DNA of 64,000 nucleotides from Mobula hypostoma (taxonomy: Eukaryota): NCBI RefSeq assembly GCF_963921235.1, contig NC_086109.1, positions 37,016,001-37,080,000 of the forward strand. The letters are read 5' to 3'. Under the pieces are notes generated by a model, which saw nothing but the letters and a program-made list of their open reading frames with translations, did no database searches and had not been told where the DNA came from. Position numbers and translations under genes: made by a program. Every line of letters starts with the position of its first letter. Position 1 is the first letter of the stretch. This document shows, one piece after another, positions 25,113 through 38,100 of the stretch.

Positions 25113-28100
25113 ATAGAAACATAGAAACATAGAAAATAGGTGCAGGAGTAGGTCATTCGGCCCTTCGAGCCTGCACCGCCATTTAGTATGATCATGGCTG
25201 ATCATCCAACTCAGAACCCTGCACCAGCCTTCCCTCCATACCCCCTGATCCCTTTAGCCACAAGGGCCATATCTAACTCCCTCTTAAATATAGCCAATGA
25301 ACTGACCTCAACTGTTTCCTGTGGCAGAGAATTCCACAGATTCACCACTCTCTGTGTGAAGAAGCTTTTCCTAATCTTGGTCCTAAAAGGCTTCCCCTCT
25401 ATCCTCAAACTGTGACCCCTCGTTCTGCACTTCCCCAACATCGGGAACAATCTTCTTGCATCTAGCCTGTCTAATCCTTTTAGGATTTTATACGTTTCAA
25501 TCAGATGCCCCCTCAATCTTCTAAATTCCAACGAGTATAAGCCTAGTTCATCCAGTCTTTCATCATATGAAAGTCCTGCCATCCCAGGAATCAATCTGGT
25601 GAACCTTCTTTGTACTCCCTCTATGGCAAGGATGTCTTTCCTCAGATTAGGGGACCAAAACTGCACACAATACTCCAGGTGTGGTCTCACCAAGGCCCTG
25701 TACAACTGCAGTAGTACCTCCCTGCTCCTGTTCTCGAATCCTCTCGCTATAAATGCCAGCATACCATTCGCCTTTTTCACTGCCTGCTGTACCTGCATGC
25801 CCACTTTCAATGACTGGTGTATAATGACACCCAGGTCTCGTTGCACCTCCCCTTTTCCTAATCGGCCGCCATTCAGATAATAATCTGTTTTCCTATTTTT
25901 GCAACCAAAGTGGATAACTTTACATTTATCCACATTAAATTGTATCTGCCATGAATTTTCCCACTCACCTAACCTATCCAAGTCACTCTGCATCCTCTTA
26001 GCATCCTCCTCACAGCTAACACTGCCGCCCAGCTTCGTGTCATCCGCAAACTTGGAGATGCTGCATTTAATTCCCTCATCCAAGTCATTAATATATATTG
26101 TAAACAACTGGGATCCCAGCACTAGGCCTTGCGGTACCCCAATAGTCACTGCCCGCCATTCTGAAAAGGTCCCGTTTATTCCCACTCTTTGCTTCCTGTC
26201 TGCCAAACAATTCTCTGTCCACATCAATACCTTACCCCCAATACTGTGTGCTTTAAGTTTGCATACTAATCTCCTGTGTGGGACCTTGTCAAAAGCCTTT
26301 TGAAAATCCAAATATACCACATCCACTGGTTCTCCCCTATCCACTCTACTAGTTACATCCTCAAAAAATTCTATGAGATTCGTCAGACATGATTTTCCTT
26401 TCACAAATCCATGCTGACTTTGTCCGATGATTTCACCACTTTCCAAATGTGCTGTTATCACACCTTCGATAACTGACTCTAGCAGTTTCCCCACCACCGA
26501 TGTTAGGCTAACCGGTCTATAATTCCCTGGTTTCTCTCTCCCTCCTTTTTAAAAAAGTGGGGTTACATTAGCCACACTCCAATCCTCAGGAACTAGTCCA
26601 GAATCTAAAGAGTTTTGAAAAATTATCACTAATGCATCCACTATTTCTTGGGCTACTTCCTTAAGCACTCTGGGATGCAGACCATCTGGCCCTGGGGATT
26701 TATCTGCCTTTAATCCCTTCAATTTACCTAACACCACTTCCCTACTAACATGTATTTCCCTCAGTTCCTCCATCTCACTGGACCCTCTGTCCCCTACTAT
26801 TTCTGGAAGATTATTTATGTCCTCCTTAGTGAAGACAGAACCAAAGTAATTATTCAATTGGTCTGCCATGTCCTTGCTCCCCATAATCAATTTACCGGCT
26901 TCTGTCTGTAGGAAACCTACATTTGTCTTAACCAATCTTTTTCTTTTCACATATCTATAAAAGCTTTTACAGTCAGTTTTTATGTTCCCTGCCAGTTTTC
27001 TCTCATAATCTTTTTTCCCCTTCCTAATTAAGCCCTTTGTCCTCCTCTGCTGAACTCTGAATTTCTCCCAGTCCTCAGGTGTGCCACTTTCTCTGGCTAA
27101 TTTGTATGCTTCTTCTTTGGTATTGATACTATCCCTAATTTCTCTTGTCAGCCACGGGTGCACTACCTTCCTTGATTTATTCTTTTGCCAAACTGGGATG
27201 AACAATTTTTGTAGTTCATCCATGCGATCTTTAAATGCTTGCATTGCATATCCACCGTCAACCCTTTAAGTGTCATTTGCCAGTCTATCTTAGCTAATTC
27301 ATGTCTCATACCTTCAAAGTTACTCTTCTTTAAGTTCAGAACCTTTGTTTCTGAGTTAACTATGTCACTCTCCATCTTAATGAAGAAATTCCACCATATT
27401 ATGGTCACTCTTACCCAAGGGGCCTCTCACGACAAGATTGCTAATTAACCCTTCCTCATTGCTCAATACCCAGTCTAGAACAGCCTGCTCTCTAGTTGGT
27501 TCCTCGACATGTTGGTTCAAAAAACCATCCCGCATACATTCCAAGAAATCCTCTTCCTCAGCGCCCTTACCAATTTCGTTCAGCCAATCTACATGTACAT
27601 TGAAGTCACCCATTATAACTGCTGTTCCTTTATTGCACACATTTCTAATTTCCTGTTTAATACCATCCCCAACCTCACTACTACTGTTAGGTGGCCTGTA
27701 CACAACTCCCACTAGCGTTTTCTGCCCCTTAGTGTTATGCAGCTCTACCCATATCAATTCCACATCTTCCCGGTTTATGTCCTTCCTTTCTATTGCGTTA
27801 ATCTCCTCTCTAACCAGCAACGTCACCCCACCTCCTTTTCTTTCATGTCTATCCCTCCTGAATATTGAATATCCCTGAATGTTGAGCTCCCATCCTTGGT
27901 CACCCTGGAGCCATGTCTCTGTGATCCCAACTATATCATATTCATTAATAACAATCTGCACTTTTAATTCATCCACCTTGTTACGAATGCTCCTTGCATT
28001 GACACACAAAGCCTTCAGGCGTGCTTTTACAACTCTCTTAGCCCTTATACAATTATGTTGAAAAGTGGCCCTTTTTGATGCTTGCCCTGGATTTGTCGGC

Positions 28101-28325
28101 CTGCCACTTTTACTTTTCACCTTACTACTTTTTGCTTCTACCCTCATTTTACACCTCTCTGTCTCTCTGCACTGGTTCCCATCCCCCTGTTATGAACTAA
28201 CCTCCTCTCGCCTAGCCTCTTTAATTTGATTCCCACCCCGCAATCATTCTAGTTTAAAGTCACCTCAGTAGCCCTCGCTAATCTCCCTGCCAGGATATTG
28301 GTCCCCCTAGGATTTAAGTGTAACT
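25113..28325 (-). mobile_element. CR1 LINE with complete but disrupted ORF2 (27377-28147, 27163-27408, 26549-27244, 25211-26497) and the end of ORF1
   Basis: APE motifs NARSIRNK, ITETWL, YRPPNS, GDFN, SDH. RT FADD. (atagaaac)n tail. Confidence 0.94.
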
Positions 28326-28754
28326 TGAGATCTTGTATTAACTTGTATCTGAGTTACTGTTGACATCCTGTCTGCTTGAACAGGTCTGGCCATTTTCCTT
28401 TCACCTCTCTCATTACCAAGGCGTTGTTGCCCACATATCTGCTGCTCACTGAATGTTTTTATTGATTTTCACTGCTGAATTGTTTAACAAGACAAACTTA
28501 CGTGGGTTAAAAAAAAACTAACACATTTATTATTTACAGAATACTACAGTCATAGCTTCAGCTCGACCACATTTTATTTGGAACCTTCAGCCCACCATAA
28601 GCATGTGTGATTAGTTCACCAGTGTAACTTCTAGTTCTGGATGAACCACCCACATTGCACACTTGGAACTGAAGTTCTTTATTATGTACAGACATAACAA
28701 CACATCCTCCCCCTTTAAAGAAAACAATCACAATAGTACGTCCTCATAAACCTG

Positions 28755-29300
28755 TGTAACAAACTGTAAGGTTTCACTGCTAATGTAATGGTTTCTCTGT
28801 AGCAGCAATGTTTAGGTTACAACTAGAGATAAAGGGGCTTTGGAATGTGGGGCTATCCAATGAGAGGAATGTTGTTATTTCTTGTGGGTCTGGAACAGCG
28901 ATTTTCACAGTCTTTTGTCGGCGAGAGAAGATAAAGGAAGACACGTGTGGAGACAGCAGGTAGACCACGGGACAGAGTGGACCAAGAGCAAGGATCTGAA
29001 GGACAGTGACACAGAGGAGGTTGATGGTTGATGAATGACCATATCAGTGAGCTCCAAGGTGCACTTTTGACTTTTTCCTTAAAATGGGCCCTTTTTCTTT
29101 ACTAACCCTATATTCAGATTCAGATTTATAAAGTTCAATCAGTTAATTGCATATGGTGTAATGTCGGATATTTTGCAGTGCGGATTTGTAACCAGGCAGC
29201 ACATCACACAGCATCCACACAAACGAGATTTTTCAGTTAGGCGGGGCCAGCAGTTGTCTTCTCTTAGATAAACACATCCTGGCCAAGCCTGAGAGTTACA
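28755..29300. mobile_element. Solo LTR inserted in the Gypsy 3'UTR
   Basis: tgtaac...gttaca termini. 4-bp TSD cctg at 28751-28754 and 29301-29304. Confidence 0.8.
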
Positions 29301-30529
29301 CCTGCAAGACACAATAATGCTTTCCAACAAACATGTGTACATTAACTTCAATTGCAATGAGGTAATATAGTCCCTTATTCACTCAAGAACTCTCAATCAG
29401 TCTCTGAGGTGGTTTGATGATCCTTCTTGGTCTGCTGTTTGTCTCCACAGATGCATTGATTTCAATTGTTGTGTTAATAGTAAAGTCTTTTTGAGAACTC
29501 TGAACAACAAGATTATTTTTCACGTTGGCTGGCCCCTTTGGTGTACTGACAGGTGACGTGTCACAGCTATGGGTTGGAGATTGTGCTCATAGATCCACAT
29601 GGTTCCTTCTCAGAGGAGTTCATCACTCTGTCTGGATTTGTTAGGAATGTGGTGCTACCTCCTCTTGGATATACCTTTGCATGGACCATGTCCTGGAACT
29701 GTGATCTCCGATTCACACTTGACCTCTGGGTTTCAGGACTGGTAGGCTTTCTGCAGTCTTGTTGTAATACTGTTTCTGTCTTTCTTTCCTTTTCTCCTTA
29801 GACAATTTGACTTTGTGTGCTCCTTTAGGTGTTGACAGACTTTTCTCACTGAGAAGTTAGTGCGTGTGCATCGACCCATCGGCATTTGGGCTGGAGAAAG
29901 GCCATTCTGCAGTGGCACACTTCTGTAAATTATCAGACTTGCGTGTAAGATTTTTGTCCAACTTGTGCCTTCTTCATAAGACCCTTCACTACCTTGACCT
30001 AACTCTCTGCTAGCCCAGTAGATTTTGGGTGATGTGAGCTTGAAGTTAAATGTTGAAATGTACAGTCATTGGCATAGGACTCACAGTCCCAGCTCAAAAT
30101 TTGTGGACTATAGTTTTATACCACCTCGGTCCTATGGGGACGTGGCTTATTGTGCCTGTCAAAAGTTGTTTTTGTCATGATTGGCTCATTTAGAAACTGC
30201 ATCTGATTTTTCCATTGGTTAGGTTCTGGATCTACAATTTCAAATATCCTGGGTATAAAGAGAGCACATGTGGAAGTTTCTTTCTCTTTTTCTTTGTTTA
30301 AGGCAGGAGGTGCACATACCTATTGGGAAGGTATGGTCTGCACATGCTTATATTTGTTGAATGCATGCATGCTTGTTGAATATTCAACTTTGTAGTGTCT
30401 GTAACTTGGGGAACATGAACGTTTGGTGGAATTTTTACAGTCTGAAAATAGATGATTAATATACTTACTCACAGTCAATGTTTTCTGTCTTACTTGCCAG
30501 GCTCGTGGACTTGATTCAATGTTACACTT

Positions 30530-30546
30530 TGATGCAGCAAGCAGTG
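30530..30546 (+). promoter_or_regulatory. Primer-binding site, tRNA-Ser(TGA)-like
   Basis: tgatgcagcaagcagtg matches TGGCGCAGCGAGCAGGG (complement of the vertebrate tRNA-Ser(TGA) 3' end, recalled) at 13/17. It lies 3 nt after the LTR. Confidence 0.6.
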
Positions 30547-31286
30547 TCTGGCTTTTTGAACAGAAATGCATTTCTATAAAAGGTCATTTAAAAGAGTCGC
30601 CCCTCTCTATGAGAGATGTAGAGACCCAAGTTGTACAGTAATAGCACAGGCTTTGCAAGTCTTGCAAACCTACTGATGGGTTATGGAATGCTGGTAGATT
30701 GGTCGAACCAATTTGATTTTACTGGGGTTGAAATAGACATCATATTTTTCCATACTTAAAGCATTGCATTTTCCCAGGAGAAAGGATAGCTAGTGGGATC
30801 CTTTCGGGCTGTTTGTAGCAATTGTAAGGCATCAGAACAAAATGATAGTGAGTCTTAAGAATGATTTGGAAAATCTCAGTCAGCGCTATATTGTTCTGAA
30901 AGAATCGCTATTGATGGCTCAAGGTAGGACTACAATGCTAGAGGATAAGAAAATAGAAATATCTTGTCAGCTAAGGAAACTGCAGCACTTAGATGCTGCA
31001 CGCTGAGCAGGTTGGCTGCTGACCTTGCTAAGGTTCGAGCCATGATGAGCTGGGTGATGAGGTGGGCAGGGGGATGTGGACATCTGGCTGGATAATAAAT
31101 ATGAAGGAGAGAAAGTAGCATGGACTCCTCGGTTTAATCCTTGAAATGATCGCCCTCTCTCCTGCATTTCTGAAACTTTGCTGGCCAGGCCAGTGAACAC
31201 ACATTCCCACACCCACGACTGGGGACATTGGCCCATGGCTTCTTCCTCTCAATGGGGGGGGGGGGGGGGAGGAGGATCAGGAATAT

Positions 31287-32314
31287 GTGGGGGATGGTAC
31301 AATGGGCACCTTTAAGACAACAGAGGTCAGAAACTTCTCTACTAAGGAATTAACGAGTTTAGGAGATAGGTGCAGTCAAAAGGCTGGGGAGTCTTTGGTC
31401 ACATGGTTATTGAAGATATGGGATGACAGGGGTACCAGAGTGATTCTATCTAACAGAGATATCTGTGCTTTAGGGAGCCTATCATCCCAACAGGTGATCA
31501 ATAACACCTTGAGAACAGTACTTGTTTTGCCTGAGCATAATGCATCCCAATGGGATCGGGGAATGGCAGCAGTTAAACTATTAAAGAACCATTCTTTAAC
31601 CGAATGGAATTTATAACTCCAAGTGGAATCGATCACAGTAGAGAGTTGCACTAAAGTTCTATGCCAATGGGTTTTTTATCACAGAATTATACGCGATAGT
31701 GATATCCCACCAGAGGATATTGAATTAATTTCTGGAATGGTAGGAAACATGGCTATGGAGGTGGTATTTCCAATAAAAGGGGTAGTGTTCTCTTTAATAG
31801 CACCAGCTGTTGTTCATCCTATAAATACAGTGATTCAATTATTACAAGGTTTAAAGAATGTAGAAGAGGGTGTGCATAGCCAGGTACGGAAATTAGATAA
31901 GCAGATGGGGAGTGGGGGGTCCTGTATGTCCCATAAAAAAATGTTTTTTTTTGTATTGATCAAAGTTGGAGTTCCAGAGGAGCAGGTAAATGGAGCTCCC
32001 CCTCCCAAGATCCAGGCAATGTGGAGGAAGCACTGTCTGGGGAAGCAGTGGAGGGAGGCTGCTGAGAGGGAAGGGTCTCTCTTCAAGCTTTCTGCAGAAA
32101 AGGGCACCATTTATCCTGTGCCAGATTCTTCACATTTCATTCAGGATTCCCTTTGCCCTGCGCTGGAGGCATTCCAAATGGTTGTGCTTGACCTTGGCCA
32201 ACAATGGAAATAGGGGGAATTTAGCATATTTGTGCTTTGTTTTTGTAGGGAGGGGGCCAATTGACCTGCATCCCTCTTCCCTGCAAATAGAGTGTGATTG
32301 ATACAAATGCAGAG
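31287..32314 (+). pseudogene. gag: ERV gag (ERV-L/Fv1-like capsid) and protease active-site remnant
   Basis: EVRNFSTKELTSLGDRCSQKAGESLVTWLLKIWDDRG..ILSNRDICALGSLS. Stop at 31614-31616. VIDTNAE at 32294-32314. Confidence 0.75.
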
Positions 32315-32649
32315 GAATGTGAAGTATGGCCAGATGTGTCAGATTGCTTGTGTGTATGTGAGGACGATGCCTTTAAGAGATTGTGTGAACGTGTTTGGTC
32401 CAACCCAGGTGTTTTTTCATTCTGAGTTGTTCTCTGATAGGTGTCCTATTTTTCTATGAGAAATTAACTGTCTATTTTGAGTTCTTGCAGTTCCATATGA
32501 AGTTTTAAAAGAAGAGGAGTACAGCCTGGGCTTTGTGTTTTGTGTTCTAATCTGTTACTTTGTTTCTTGTGTTTGTTTAGTTAGTTACTTTGTTTTCTGT
32601 TTACTTGATCTGTGTCATGTTTATTGTCTGTTAATATTTTACTTTGTTA

Positions 32650-35120
32650 CTTGTTTCCCATGCAATTGGTTTTAGGAATGACTCATTTCATACTGGCCAT
32701 ATGAAATTTGAGTTGCTGGGGTAAAAATTTGAGCAACTTTGTTCTGGGTGTGAGATGCCCACATGTCAGAGGGAATTGAGCATTTGGGTAGTGATTCCAG
32801 AAGTTTTTGTTTTTTGTATTTTTCCAGTGACTAATTAGGAACAAGTGCATTTGTATCCCCCTGCATTATAGAATGGCAAAGGGGTGAATGCTCACTTATG
32901 GTGGAAGATCCTGTGATACATTCCTTGGGATGGCATTTGAATTTGCACACTGGATCAATGGGTCAGATTGCTGAATTTGTAGGAGTACTCCTTATGACAT
33001 CACAGAAGGGAAGCCACTGATATTGATCCCTTGGACAAGGAAAAGACTTGTGGGAATTATCTGGCTTCTTGGGTTTTGACATTCTTATTTGAGGGAGCTG
33101 GGAGGGAGTAAACTTCCAGCCAACATCAACCCACAGTATGGTATCAGCCTTAAGGGACTTAAGCCTTAATAGCCCTGTGGAGTGAGTGCTTTAAGGGCTG
33201 GCATTTCCCTACATACCACTTGTTTAATACGAAGATCCTGATCTTAAAGTGATTTCCCCACCTGTAGGATTGTAGGTGTAGGTCATATGTTGAGTACAGG
33301 TAGGAGGTGCAAGGTGGATGGCAAGTGGATGAACAGTATCTTGGGATGTCTGTGTCTATGCCAAATGGTGTTGTGAAGGTGGGCACTTGCTGGATGCTGA
33401 ATGGCACTTACTGGGTATGCAGTTCCTAGAATACCAGTTCCTAGCATAACAGTTCCTGTGGTTCCCATAGAGTGGTGCAGTTGATATGTGGTGTTGTATA
33501 TATGTCACCCAGTGCCCTAGACAAGCACCTTGTCCATGCTGGATGGTAAAAGGGCTATGACGAAAGGAGGAGGTTTTGAATGAATACCTTTCTCAGCATG
33601 GAGTGTCCTGGGAGCTGATTTCAATGACCTTGGGTTACCTGCTCATGAAGGAAGGTGGAACTTCTACTATTATTGTTCAAGAATGCTGCACTTACATTCC
33701 TGATGGGTTGGGGAACATTACTTATGCAGTTGCTCACATCAGAAAGTCAGTATAGAAAATAGAACATAGAACATAGAATAGTACAGCACAGTACAGGCCC
33801 TTCGGCCCACAATGTTGTGCCGACCCGCAAACCCTGCCTCCCATATAAGCCCCCACCTCAGATTCCTCCATATACCTGTCTAGTAGTCTCTTAAACTTCA
33901 CTAGTGTATCTGCCTCCACCACTGACTCAGGCAGTGCATACCACACACCAACCACTCTCTGAGTAAAAAACCTTCCTCTAATATCCCCCTTGAACTTCCC
34001 ACCCCTTACCATAAAGCCATGTCCTCTTGTATTGCGTAGTGGTGCCCTGGGGAAGAGGCGCTGGCTATCCACTCTATCTATTCCTCTTATTATCTTGTAC
34101 ACCTCTATCATGTCTCCTCTCATCCTCCTTCTCTCCAAAGAGTAAAGCCCTAGCTCCCTTAATCTCTGATCATAATGCATACTTTCTAAACTAGGCAGCA
34201 TCCTGGTAAATCTCCTCTGTACCCTTTCCAATGCTTCCACATCCTTCCTATAGTGAGGTGACCAGAACTGGACACAATACTCCAAGTGTGGCCTAACCAG
34301 AGTTTTATAGAGCTGCATCATTACATCGCGACTTTTAAACTCTATCCCTCGACTTATGAAAGCTAACACCCCATAAGCTTTCTTAACTACCCTATCCACC
34401 TGTGAGGCAACTTTCAGGGATCTGTGGGCATGTACCATGAGATCCCTCTGCTCCTCCACACTACCAAGTATCCTGCCATTTACTTTGTACTCTGCCTTGG
34501 ACTTTGTCCTTCCAAAGTGTACCACCTCACACTTCTCCGGGTTGAACTCCATCTGCCACTTCTCAGCCCACTTCTGCATCCTATCTATGTCTCTCTGCAA
34601 TCTTTGACAATCCTCTACACTATCTACAACACCACCAACCTTTGTGTCATCTGCAAACTTGCCAACCCACCCTTCTACCCCCACATCCAGGTCGTTAATA
34701 AAAATCACGAAAAGTAAAGGTCCTAGAACAGATCCTTGTGGGACACCACTAGTCACAATCCTCCAATCTGAATGTACTCCCTCCACCACCACCCTCTGCC
34801 TTCTGCAGGCAAGCCAATTCTGAATCCACCTGGCCAAACTTCCCTGGATCCCATGCCTTCTAACTTTCTGAATAAGCCTACCGTGTGGAACTTTGTCAAA
34901 TGCCTTACTAAAATCCATATAGATCACACCCACTGCACTACCCTCATCTATATGCCTGTATATAAGATTAAGTGGGGGACTTCATTAGCTATTCCACTCC
35001 AGGATGGAGCTGGTGGCCTTTTGGGACACAGGGTGGCTGGTGGACTACTGTGGTATACTGGGAGTTGGCTATGGCTTTACAGTACTGGGTATTGTACTTT
35101 ATGTTTCATATGTAACTTAG
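32650..35120 (+). pseudogene. env: ERV env remnant (gamma-type), interrupted by CR1 at 33755-34957
   Basis: NGTYWVC at 33400-33420. MTLGYLLMKEGGTSTIIVQECCTYIPDGLGNIT (from 33624) is an ISD plus degenerate CX6CC. A Trp-rich/hydrophobic segment follows 34963. Confidence 0.75.
33755..34957 (-). mobile_element. 5'-truncated young CR1 (ORF 33734-34933), same family as 7985-10059
   Basis: Uninterrupted RT frame, (atagaac)n tail, TSD gtata at 33750-33754 and 34958-34962. Confidence 0.94.
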
Positions 35121-38100
35121 GGAGTTTACAAGGGTTATACTACTCTGAGGCTTGGAGGAGTGGAGTGTCCTGTGGGGGAGATGGCTTCTTCTGCCTGTTG
35201 AAAGTCACTTCCAATATGACTGGTTAGCTTTGAAACTGCAGCACTCTTTCCATTGGTTAGCTGCCTGGCGTCCAGTTTGAAATATCCTGGATATATAGAG
35301 AGCAAACGGTGCACATAGCCATTGGGAAGGTATGGTCTGCTCATGCTTTTAGCTAAGTAAATTTTCAGCTTTGTAATATCTGTAACTTGGGGAACTTGAA
35401 TGTTTGGTTGAATTTTTACTGTTTGTAAATAAATGATTAAAATACTTATTCACAATCAGTGCTTCCTGTCTCACTTGCCAGACCCGTGAACCTGATTTAA
35501 CATTACAACCTCACATAGTATTCCATGCCTCACAAACACAGCTTTGAGGAAGATGATGAACCACTTTGCTGGATGTTGATTGCAGTGTTGCAACCTCTGC
35601 ATAATTGGAGAAGTGGTCTGTTACACCAATGTGATTCTTTCCATTACATTCAAACAAATCCACTCCAACGTTGAAGTGCGTCCTGTCTGTTAAACAGTGT
35701 GGTGTAAACAGTTCTGCTCACTGCTTTGGTCCATAGGTCAGACATATCCCACATGAAGCAATGGTCTTGCAGATGTCTTGGTTAATTCTTGGATAATACA
35801 TCGCTTCACGAGCTCTTTGTTTACATTTCTCCTCACAAAGATGCCCTTCATGTATTTTCTGGAGTATTTTGCTGCGTAGCATCACAGCAATCACAAAATC
35901 TGCTCCCTTTGAAAACCATATCTTCCACTACTGACAGTTGAGCTCCACATGCCCAATAATCCTGCATACACATTGGACATTCGTTTTTAGTTGCTGGCCA
36001 TCCTTTCTGTATTGTCTCTGAGTACTTTCATTGTTTTGTGTGTCTCTGCTACCGTCCTAATCTTCTATGTTCTATCGGAAATACTGGAATGCAGGCAACA
36101 ATTATGTCAACATAGGCCTGTATGTCGGTGTTGATCTCTTGGTCGCTATTTTCTTTCTTGCTGACTGCTCAAGACAATGCATCAGCAGCAAACATATATT
36201 TTCTCGAAGTGTAAATCATCTTCATGTCATATTTCTGAAGCCTTATCAACATGCACTGTATCCTCATGAGACAGTCATTCAGCGGTTTGGACTTAATAGA
36301 GACCAATGGTTTATGGTCTGTCTCCACTTCGAATGCTTGTCCGTAGATGTACTGATGGAGCCCTTCATGTGCATATGTGCTGACGAGAAGCTCTTTCTCT
36401 ACTTGTGCATAGTTTGCTTCCATCCTTGTTAAAATCCTTGATGCATAGGCCACAGGTTGTCATGTGTCATTATACTGCTGCAGTAGTGCTGCTCCAAGGC
36501 ATCAGCTGAGATCCTAGTACACCTTTCCAGAGCATAAAACTTCAGCTCTTCAGTTAGGACTCTTTTCAACCTCTGGAAATACTCTTCCATTTTGTGAGAC
36601 CAAATCTATTCATTTCACTGCTCAATGAGTGACCCAAGTGGTGCTGACACTGTAGGTAGTCAAGGGATGAACTTAGCCAGGTAAGTCACCACCCCCAGGA
36701 AATTTCCCACCTCCTCTTTGTTATGGGGCCTCTCTATGTAATCATTGGCTGATGTCTATCTTGTGTCAGGCTTCACTCCCTCTTCTAATATGACATCTCC
36801 AATGAAAGTCAGTGTCTTAACACCAAACTCACATTTCACTTTATTTACTTTTAAATTGACATTCCGGGGCATGTCTAGCACTTGTCTCAGTTGTGCATCA
36901 TGTTTTTTCTTTGTGGACCCCCATGTTATCCATCATGGTGTCAACACCAGGTATGCCCTTAAATATCATGTGGATGGTCTTGTGGTGGACTTCTGGTGCA
37001 GACAGGATCCCATATGGTAACCGAAGAAAGCAACATCTTCCCCTGGTGTGTTATAACTGCAACAGACTCGAACTTGCCTCATCAAGCTTCATCTGCCAAA
37101 ACCCAGACGATGCATCAAATTTGCTAAACTATTTGGCATCTGCAAACCAGGACATCATCTCTTCCTGTGTTGGCAATTTAAAATGCTCTCTCTTGATGGT
37201 TTTATTAAGATCTCTTGTGTTTAGACATATCTGTAATTCTCCATTTTTCTTTCACACAATGACCAGTGATTTCACCCAATTTGTTGGTTCTTCAATTTTC
37301 TGTATGACAGTTATCCGTTCCGTGTGTGCTAGTTCTTGCTTGAGTTTGTCTCTAAGTGCAAAATGGAACTTTCTTGAATGCATGTACAACAGGAGCTATT
37401 GTCTCATCTACATGAATTTTGTGTACACCACGTAAGCATCTAAGCCCCTCAAAGACATCTGTGTACTCTTCCATAAGTGAAGTGTGGTCATTTTTGGTTT
37501 GTGAAGCCACTACAAAAACTCTTTTCACCAGGTTAATCTTTTCACATGCACTGAAACTTAATACTGGCTGTACTCTCTTTTCTACAACCAGTAGATGTGC
37601 ATTTTGTTGCTGCCCCTAGTGCTTGCAGGTCACTATACAGCCCCTCTTTACAGATTTGTTCTCTCCAGTATAACCTGTCAATTTTAATTTCACTGAGTAA
37701 ATCTTACTCTTTACCTTGAGAGTCTTACATCATTCCTAGACAACAGGTTCACCTGGGCTCTGGTGTCAAGCTTTAATGGAATTACTGTCTAATTCACAGT
37801 CACTGGAACAATTCATTCTGTTTTTCCAGCAGTCTTCAAAGAATCTACAAAATCTTCCTCCATTTCCTCCTCAACCATGTGTGCCTTTCTCTTGGTAGTC
37901 CCAGCTTTGCAAAACCTTGCAAAATGATTCTTCTTCCCACAATTATTTCAGGAATTTTCATGAGCAGGACATATCTTTGAGATATGCCAACCTCCACATT
38001 TACTGCATCTGCTGCTTGACCTATCACTTTGGTTTGCTGTTGCTTTGGGAACTGCCTTGTGCTCTGCCCCCCTGCTTTTGCAGCATGCACTGTTACTTCT

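Larger units (their letters stand above)
30128..35507 (+). mobile_element. Endogenous retrovirus, class III (ERV-L/ERV-S-like), LTR-gag-pro-(pol deleted)-env-LTR
   Basis: LTRs 30128-30526 and 35166-35507. TSD acctc at 30123-30127 and 35508-35512. PBS 30530-30546. PPT ggaggagtggag. Gag and env motifs present. Confidence 0.85.
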
